Source of the DNA: Amoebidium appalachense
Taxonomy: Eukaryota > Protista > Ichthyosporea
Assembly (NCBI GenBank): GCA_963693365.1
Contig: CAVNZM010000006.1
Location: 6,427,264 to 6,491,263, forward strand
DNA length: 64,000 bases
Direction: 5' to 3'
The position numbers were made by a program, and so were the translations under genes. Below, piece after piece: positions 55,797 through 64,000 of this stretch (position 1 is the first letter of the stretch; every line of letters begins with the position of its first letter). A model generated the notes under the pieces. The model had not been told where the DNA came from. It worked only from the letters and a program-made list of their open reading frames with translations, and ran no database searches.

Positions 55797-56558
55797 TCTT
55801 CCACTACCCCTTACACCAACCGGCGTTCCCTCAATGCTATGTCTAAAGCTGAAATAGTATCAAACTAGAAGCCAAAAGCAGAGTAGCTTTGAAGAACCAA
55901 CCCAGTTTTTATGTGGAACAGTAAGTCCTTGCACACAGCGGACTCTCGCTCCGTGACTCTAACCTACTCCAACTTCGAGAAAATAAAAGGAAGAAATTTG
56001 GAATTCGAAGTTTTCGTGCGGGTTGTTCGATTCATGTTCGGGCCTGTTCGGGAAAAGAAGTCGGGCCGGTTTTCCCGCGCATTCCGTGACGTATACATCT
56101 GACATTTAGCCAATCACAGAACACCAGCTAAGCGAATGAACCGAACGACGCAAATATGCATGACTTGGAACAAATAGAATTTATTTTAGCGTTACGTTTC
56201 AAGATCTAACCAATCATAGCTGCTTTTTATCGATACGTGGCCCAATCGTTTTGTAACAAGTTAGGAGCTGGAGCGCCGGGGGTGAAGATCCTTCGGGTAT
56301 ATAAACAGAATCTCGCCACACCAGTCGACAACTGAACTTGAAAGACAAACAACACGGCTCACGACAACATTCTGATCAAGGACATTGTGCAAACATTCAA
56401 AACCAGAAACAAAGACTTCGAAGTTTTGTTTTCTTTTCCATTTTACACCTTGCGTTCTTGTTTGCTTGTAAATTTTACCAACTTGAAATATGCAGTAATA
56501 TAGCTACAGTAAATCACCTTACATTAAAATTAAAAAGAAACGTTGCAACTTTTCCAGA
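55797..56558. promoter_or_regulatory. Compact divergent promoter region (MMS2 / Hsp20-domain gene)
   Basis: Repeat-free 760 nt between divergent ATGs; CCAAT at 56110, 56210, 56242; TATATAAA at 56298; two-unit TTCnnGAA at 55974 and 56047. Confidence 0.55.
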
Positions 56559-57956
56559 ATGAGACCACCACGCCTTCGAATGTTACCAGCTTTCCTTTTC
56601 GCCACCATTATAGCCGCATCACAAGTAAGCGGCTTTTTGCTCTCAGGTGGACACTTCTATGACCCGTTTAGCTTTCATCACCATGCCTCCCCGAACTTCT
56701 TCGAGCCAAACCACTTTGGTTTTTTCGAGGATGCATTTGACGACATGCACGGAGTAAGCAACTTGGTGGACCACTTTTGGCACAGCCCCACCCGCTACTC
56801 ACCTTTTGGCGCATTTTTCACCGAATTTACACACGCACCTTCCCATTTTGCCAACAACATTAATGCACGGTATCTTCCGTACGAAAATAGGGAAAGAGTG
56901 CAAAACCAGATTGCTCCGGCACCTGCAAACACGTTTAGAGATAGCAGTTGCAACGGTCGGTGCCAAACTCCGCAACGGCGGCAGTACCACTGCCCCGACA
57001 CAACCCATGTCAATGAACCCGTGCCTGTTGAAGAACTACGCGCAGCCCCACGGTCCTTTCCTTCACATGCCGATTCCACTTCGCAGACACCGTGTCAGCC
57101 CGTTAACCAGCGCATAAATGTGCATACTGCAGAACGGAAATACGTAGAACCAGTTGAGGTCAAGAAAGACACCACCAGCGCCGAGCCTTACTCACGTGTA
57201 GTTAGTGTTGACGTTGCATCTTCACGACCAGAGCCTGTCACGTTGGTGCCTCGCAAAGACAGCACACACGCACACTCTTACAGGCACGAGGCAACTAAAT
57301 ATACAACAGATGGCTCGCAGATTAAAGAAACCCAGAAGAAACCTACCCACGTTGCCCCCCAGCCCGCACCGGAGCCCGTCAAGCCTAAACACAAACCTGC
57401 TTCCACGTCATCCACCGCACCCAACCACACACCCGTAAGAGCGTCGGAGAGCGTTAGGGACAACAAACCTGCTTTCCCGCACATGAAAGCAACACCAAAA
57501 CAACAAAACGGCAAGCCAGAGATTGAGCAAGTGAGGCCCGTTGTCCGCCACCAGAAGCCGCAGGGACCGAACGAGCCACATATTTTCCGCATGGGCATTC
57601 CTGGGTTCACCTCTAGAAACTTGCACGTGCGAGGGTTCGAAGAGGGAAATCATGTGGTCGTAAGCGGTAAAACTCGCTGCCGAAGGGAGGATGGAAACTC
57701 GTGCGCACCTCGGGAAATTAAAGAAACAGTTAGTATTCCTGCCGGTTTTGACGCTGCTAAAGCTGTGGCGGCTTTGCAGCGTGGTATTTTAACGGTTACT
57801 GTACCTGTCAAAGAAAGCAGGGGCGACGGGTTTGTAGTTGTTGAGGAGGTAGATGGTAGCGACTGTAACGAAGGTGACGAGAATAGGGTGGAGAGAGTGA
57901 CTAGAGTAGAAACGGCAGAAGATGGAGTTACTTTGGAAACACTGGCTTATTATTAG
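56559..57956 (+). CDS. Intronless 465-aa protein with signal peptide, long disordered region and C-terminal Hsp20/alpha-crystallin domain
   Basis: Hydrophobic leader MLPAFLFATIIAASQVSG; YDPF motif; C-terminal IPGFTSRNLHV...HVVVSGK...ETVSIPAGFDAAKAVAALQRGILTVTVP fits the alpha-crystallin consensus (A.L.NGVL.V..P). Confidence 0.87.
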   Translation: MRPPRLRMLPAFLFATIIAASQVSGFLLSGGHFYDPFSFHHHASPNFFEPNHFGFFEDAFDDMHGVSNLVDHFWHSPTRYSPFGAFFTEFTHAPSHFANNINARYLPYENRERVQNQIAPAPANTFRDSSCNGRCQTPQRRQYHCPDTTHVNEPVPVEELRAAPRSFPSHADSTSQTPCQPVNQRINVHTAERKYVEPVEVKKDTTSAEPYSRVVSVDVASSRPEPVTLVPRKDSTHAHSYRHEATKYTTDGSQIKETQKKPTHVAPQPAPEPVKPKHKPASTSSTAPNHTPVRASESVRDNKPAFPHMKATPKQQNGKPEIEQVRPVVRHQKPQGPNEPHIFRMGIPGFTSRNLHVRGFEEGNHVVVSGKTRCRREDGNSCAPREIKETVSIPAGFDAAKAVAALQRGILTVTVPVKESRGDGFVVVEEVDGSDCNEGDENRVERVTRVETAEDGVTLETLAYY

Positions 57957-58418
57957 TTATCATACGGAAGTACATTATACTTCTTTGGTTTGGTGTGGTA
58001 TGTATGTCAGTTAAGTATCATATTATCATAACAATGAATGACTGTGAAGAGTAACTACAGCAACTCAATAAGAACTCAAATGTTCTGTTGTGGAAAATAT
58101 AACGGTTTACGCGCGAAAGCAACCAGGATATTTTTGATACAATCTTAGACCATTGCAACCTCGGTAAAGCCGAAGATCTCCCCTCCCCCCCCCCCCCCTA
58201 TCTCCCCCCAAGGAGGCTCCCCATTCCTCCTCTCTTTGCCATAATGCAACTGCACATCATTACCCGTTTCCCCTAGTCCGTTCCTTAGGTTAACTCACCA
58301 CCATAACCCGGTCCCAGGCCACTCCCATTTTTTTTTCACAGATGCACTATTTCCTCACACTCTCTTTGCACACAAAAACCCCTGGGAGAAACTTCCCCGT
58401 TGTGTGCTGCACTTGTAT

Positions 58419-58784
58419 AAACATATTTTTAGAACCTTTTGCTGAGGAAGGGTGGTATACGCATGGACACAAAACAGTATAAACACGAGCGCTAATAAAT
58501 GGTCCGGCCCACCCGCTCGTAGATGATATTACGACACAACCTGCAGACACGCCACTCCCAACCACACAGAATTGTGATAATGCCGTGGCAGCTGTGTGTG
58601 AAAACATATTCTTAGAACCTTTTGCTGAGGAAGGGTGGTATACGCATGGACACAAAACAGTATAAACACGAGCGCTAATAAATGGTCCGGCCCACCCGCT
58701 CGTAGATGATATTACGAACACAACCTGCAGACACGCCACTCCCAACCACACAGAATTGTGATAATGCCGTGGCAGCTGTGTGTG
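58419..58784. repeat. Recent 183-bp tandem duplication
   Basis: 58419-58601 and 58602-58784 are nearly identical. Confidence 0.93.
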
Positions 58785-59001
58785 CGTGCGTGCGCGCTTG
58801 CTTGCATGTGTGCGCGCGCGTGTGGGTGTGCGTGCGAGCGTGCGTGTGGGTGTGGGTGTGCGTGTGTGCGCGGGCGTGCGCGCGCACGTGTGTGTGTGTG
58901 AATGTGTGTGCCACCATGTGTGTACGTGCCGGTGTGCATGTGTGCCACTGAAATTGTGCACCTGTGGGTGTGCTCGTGTGCATTTATATGTTTGTGTTTG
59001 T

Positions 59002-59035
<34 letters not shown>

Positions 59036-59474
59036 GTGTGTGTGTGGCTGTGTCTGGGGGTCCCCCCCCCGGGGGGGGGGGGGGGGGGGAGGGGGGCGCG
59101 GAGGAGGGGGGGGACGGGGGGGAAGGGGGGGGGGGGGGAGGCGAGGAGAGAAGGGGAAGGGGGGGGGGGGGAGGGGGGGGGGGGGGGGGGGCAAAAGCAA
59201 ATCGAGTGTGCCCAGCTGGGAAAACATCGCATGTGCGCCAAGGAGATTCGCGAGCGCGCGCGCACTCAAAGACACACGCACAAACATACCGTTAGCTACA
59301 CCCTCCCCCCTTTCTTGAAAAAATGTTTCCGTTGTGGAGGCTTAAGGTTGTTAACGGTGTGCTTGAGTGTGGTTATTTCTGACATAATTTTATGAATCAT
59401 ATTCAGGCTGAGTAATTGAACCCCCCACCCCCACCCCCCACTCCCCTCTCTCCCGCACCCCCTTTCCCCCCCTC

Positions 59475-59505
<31 letters not shown>

Positions 59506-60543
59506 AAAAAAAAAAAAACCACGACCACCATCCACCCACCCACCCCGGAGGAGCCTGCGTGCCCCTACAGTGTAACCTCACAGTGGAATTTGGGTCACTT
59601 ATGCCTGGTCAGGTCATGATTTGCATAGCACACACACAATTTAAGTCGAACTGGAAAAACATAAATTGGCAAAGTAATGATAAACTGTACCGGTACGGAT
59701 CAGAAAGCCGCTAAAAGCTGCTTCAGACCGGTTGGTGGCAATCTTTTTTCCCTCCCCCCCCTCCTCCCCCCCCTCCCTCCCCCCCCCCCTCCCTCCCCCC
59801 CCCCTCCCCCCCCCCCCCCCCCCCCCATGTCCCCCGCCTGCCCCCAATGGGCGCCTCCGCGTAATCCCCCCCCAAATCCCCCCCCCCCCCCCCCCCCCCT
59901 TCCCCTCACACACACAAACACACACACACAGCTCGTGAAGGTGGTGATGGCAGGTGGGTGGGTCAGTGTAGGTGGTGGTCGTGGTGTTGGGGGGAGGAGG
60001 GGGGGGGGGGGGGGGGGAGGGGGGAGCACTTGGTGGTAGGACAGTGGTCGGGGTTGCAATGGGGAGACGGAAACAAAAATACAAGACCCTCAACTAAAAC
60101 CAAAAAGTCCCAAGCTGCAGTTACCATCGTTGGATAAAGTGTTTTACAAAGACCAATATAAGCCACTTTTACATACTGCAGTAATGTGAGCCTATATTGG
60201 TAGTTGCACACGATCCGAATCATTAGTACGGATGTTGCCGCAACACTTTGAGGTGGGTGCAAAATCGATCCATACACTGCCCACCGTTACCATTATATCT
60301 CCTCGTATATCTACGGGGGTGCAACGGTTCTTCATCAAATATAGATAAAATCGGGGCGATACAATAGAACATGAAGGTTCCTGAGCTGTTGAGCTCGTTT
60401 TGAAATAAGCGCAGCGTCGCCTCCTAGTACGATTGTCCGTTTTGGCTTCCGCATTATCCGATTGGGCGGTTTCCACGTGAGGTTTGGCTGGGCCTGTAAG
60501 TTTCAAAATTTCCTGCTGCATGGTGATCTGGTTTGTTAAGCAT

Positions 60544-61387
60544 TTATCGAACATTTCCGCTTGAACAATAACCCCTGCGATCGATGCATTTCATCCGTCG
60601 GAGCCAATGACAGCTGCGACTCGACGGTGCTCGGATTCGTTTTGTGAGGAATGTTGCTCGCTTTTCGCTGTGCACTGTTAATGTTTTGTGCGAGGATGGG
60701 TGTCCAATACTTAACCCGTGGTTGTCCGATGCCTGAAAAGTAGGAATAGGCGGACGTGCGGGAGAGGGAGGTGGGGGTGTAAGGTTTCGTAGAGACACCG
60801 ACCGTGTTTGGAGTCCACCAGTTTGGCGAGGAATATCTGAGCCCGGCTCAACGCGTGGCGGCCACGCAGCTGCAGTAGCCGGGCTGACGTTTTGCTGATG
60901 ATGGTCAATGGCTCCGAAGTAGACGTTTCTTTTCGGGGCAGTTGTCGTTGACGGCGCGGAGGGTCCGCCGGCTCCGAGGTTCGCGGGTGGCCCTGGCCGA
61001 ATCCCGACAAATCTTGTACGTGCTGTTTGTCCACACGCACATGCACGGATGGTGTGAGGCTGTGTCTGTGTCTCCAGCTGCGGCAAAAAATCACAGCCCG
61101 GGTTGTTCGGATCCTCCGTCATGATGGGCTCTGACTTGATGGTTGCCTGGTCACGACAAGGACAGTAGCATCTGCACGCACCCAGCCTGCCTGCGGGGCT
61201 GCTTTGTGGCGGGTTGGTGGGACTGCAGCAGTGGGCGCAAACTGTGCACTGGCAGGACGTACCGTTCAGCCCGCACTCTGTGCAGCGGTAAACCTCGCAG
61301 CCTTGGCGTGTGCGAAGACATCTGCAGGGGAAAAAATAAGCTGAGTAATCGATAAAAGGGTAAATTACCCCCCCCCCCCCCCAAAAA

Positions 61388-61426
<39 letters not shown>

Positions 61427-61909
61427 ATTATACATATTTGAAAGTGGTGCGGGGGGGGGGGGGGGGGGGGGGGCGGGGGGGGGGGGGGGGGGGGGGGGGG
61501 GTGGGAGGAGGGGAGGGCCGAGTGAGGAAGAACATAGGAAGAGGACGGAGTAGGTTCCCGGACTGAAGTAGCTCCAACCCAGAATACTATCATCACAAAA
61601 AAGTGACAATGGGTTGCTTAAGGGCATCAGAATGGGCCCCGGGATGGGGCAAGGTGGGGACCCCGTGCAGGAGGGCAGGGGGGAAGGGAGGAGGGGGTGA
61701 GAGGGGGCAGAGGGAGGGGGGTATACGTATGTATAGGATGAGGGAGGGGGCGGGAGGGTTGGACGGGCGGAGGCTGGGAAATTTCCAGGCTCGGGGGGGA
61801 GGGGGGGGGGGGAGGGGGGGGGGGGTGCAAAGTATATGCAAGGCCAAGCCTCAGGCTGAAGTGCACAGCAGAGAAAACTTTATTATCATGTGGGGAAGGG
61901 GGCGGGGGG

Positions 61910-61946
<37 letters not shown>

Positions 61947-62963
61947 GAAGCCGGGGGGAAGGGGGGGAAGGGGGGGGGGGGGGGGGGGGAGGGGGGCAGG
62001 CTTGAAGAGACTGTTGCTGAGATATTATCATAGTCGGAAAAGTGGTGGAAGAGGGTGAAGGCCGAGGGGAGGCCTCGGAAGAGAGTAAGAGAGGAAGAAG
62101 AGAGAGAAAAGGGGTGGGGCCCGGGGGATGTTGAAGGGTGGAGAGGAGGCGACAGAGAGTCTTTCGGTTTGGAGAGAGAGCATTAGAGAGATGGAGAAAG
62201 AGAGGGAGACAGGGAGTGACGGAGGGGGAGGGGGGAGGGGAGGGAGGGAGAGAGAGAAAGAGATAATTAGAGTTGAGAGCGTGCCTCGGGGGGGGCGGGG
62301 GGCCGGGAGGGGGGGGGGGAGGGGAGGGCCCGGGAGGGGGGGGGGGGGGGGGTTGGAGGTTTGGGGGGGGGGGGGGGGGTTTACAAGAGTTTGCTATTCA
62401 ACGATTTCGGTTTTTATAGTGTCTACTATGTAGTCTAGATCTAGAGCAGGGGTGTGCCATTGGATTGGCTATAGAATAGATAGACGTAACCAGGTGTTTT
62501 TCACTCACCGTCGAACTGTGCACATGTCGAAGACGTCAGGGACTGTAGCCATGGTACTAGTTGCGGCATGGCAGCCTCTGCCCTCGCCCTTGAAGAGTTT
62601 GGTGTGGCCATGATGCAGTGACGACGTGTGAGTCCACGGGGACACCCTTCTCCCCCAGAGGCGCCGGGACACGGGCAACGGCACGACGCCATGTCGTATC
62701 GACAGTGTGTGCACACGTGCACGTGCATGCTCGCTGCACCTTGCCGCACTCTGCGCAAATGCACACGTGGGAAGGGCCTGGAAGGGTGCGTCCACACCCG
62801 CACTCTGCCTCCGAGCACACAGGGGCACGTGCACGGTTTTGTTTTTTGGAACTGCTGTTTGTGACTGAATGGGTGTGGGCGGGTTGGAAAAAGTGCTATG
62901 CAGTTCAGTCCGTGAGTTTGTCAATGAGTTCGTTGCTGTTGTAGTGGTGGTTGTGTCTTCCAT
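60544..62963 (-). CDS. Orphan Cys-rich protein, putative 2-exon gene (62509-62963, 60544-61321; 410 aa as written), possibly frameshifted and extending to 60192
   Basis: ATG at 62963, donor GTGAGT at 62508 and acceptor CCCCTGCAG at 61322 join in phase; exon 2 encodes CTECGLNGTSCQCTVCAHCC...CRCYCPC; repeat-free GC-rich sequence. Confidence 0.55.
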
Positions 62964-63215
62964 GTTTGCGTGGTTAACGTCTCAAATTTGAATGAGCTAC
63001 TAGCCAGTAGTACTAGTAGCAGTGTAACAATAGTCAATGCTTATAACGTCTTGGTTTACACCGCTAGGTCGTCGAACCTCCAACAATACAACGCTCTTTG
63101 CAAGCAGAAGTGGAAGAGAGGCTGAAGAGAGGGTGGGACAAAAAGAATTCGAAGCTTAGACTACGCAGCTGCAGCTGCTACGTTAGATCACCTTTGTTGC
63201 ATGCTGTCATATCAT

Positions 63216-63575
<360 letters not shown>

Positions 63576-63858
63576 GGTGTGTGCGTCACTGCACGCATGC
63601 ACATACGTGTGTTTTTCGCGCCTTAAAATAAATTGTGTTTGCGCCAGTGTCAGTGCATTTGTGTGTGCGCTTGGCGCTGCCTTGTGTATGTTTTTATGTT
63701 TGTGACTGTGTGTGTGCGGGCAAATGTGTGAGTGTGTGACCGTCACGGTATGGTGTGTGGATGTGTATGTGTGTGTGTATGTATGATTATGTGTGTGTGT
63801 GTGTGTGTGTGTTTCTGAACACGGTGTGTGTGTGTGTGTGAGTGTTTCTGTCATGTAT

Positions 63859-63927
<69 letters not shown>

Positions 63928-64000
63928 GTGCGTTATTCGGTTTATTATTTTTTTATATTTTTTTTGGGGGGGGGTGGGGGGGTTTGTTTCTTGGTTTGTG

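Overview
Eukaryotic genomic DNA; the host is not identifiable from the sequence, though gene style is compatible with a unicellular opisthokont (inference). Most of the window is G/C homopolymers and (CA)/(GT) microsatellites, so most ORF-track entries are spurious. Three intronless genes are clear: a type-I membrane protein with a ZP-module-like layout (1138-3054, -), an OFA-family MFS transporter (14640-16307, -) and a signal-peptide Hsp20-domain protein (56559-57956, +). Three spliced genes were assembled by hand with consistent exon phases: UPF0538/C2orf76-like (5 exons, -), ABC1/ADCK5-like atypical kinase (14 exons, +) and UEV/MMS2-like E2 variant (6 exons, -). A Cys-rich orphan gene lies at 60544-62963 (-). 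Non-coding points of interest: a dispersed structured element with covarying stems, all 4 copies intronic and sense to the host gene; an ~11 kb tandem array of diverged units with a conserved hairpin core (38.1-49.5 kb); a hAT-type MITE with an 8-bp TSD; a palindromic foldback element; and many 3' splice sites formed directly by (CA)n tracts.
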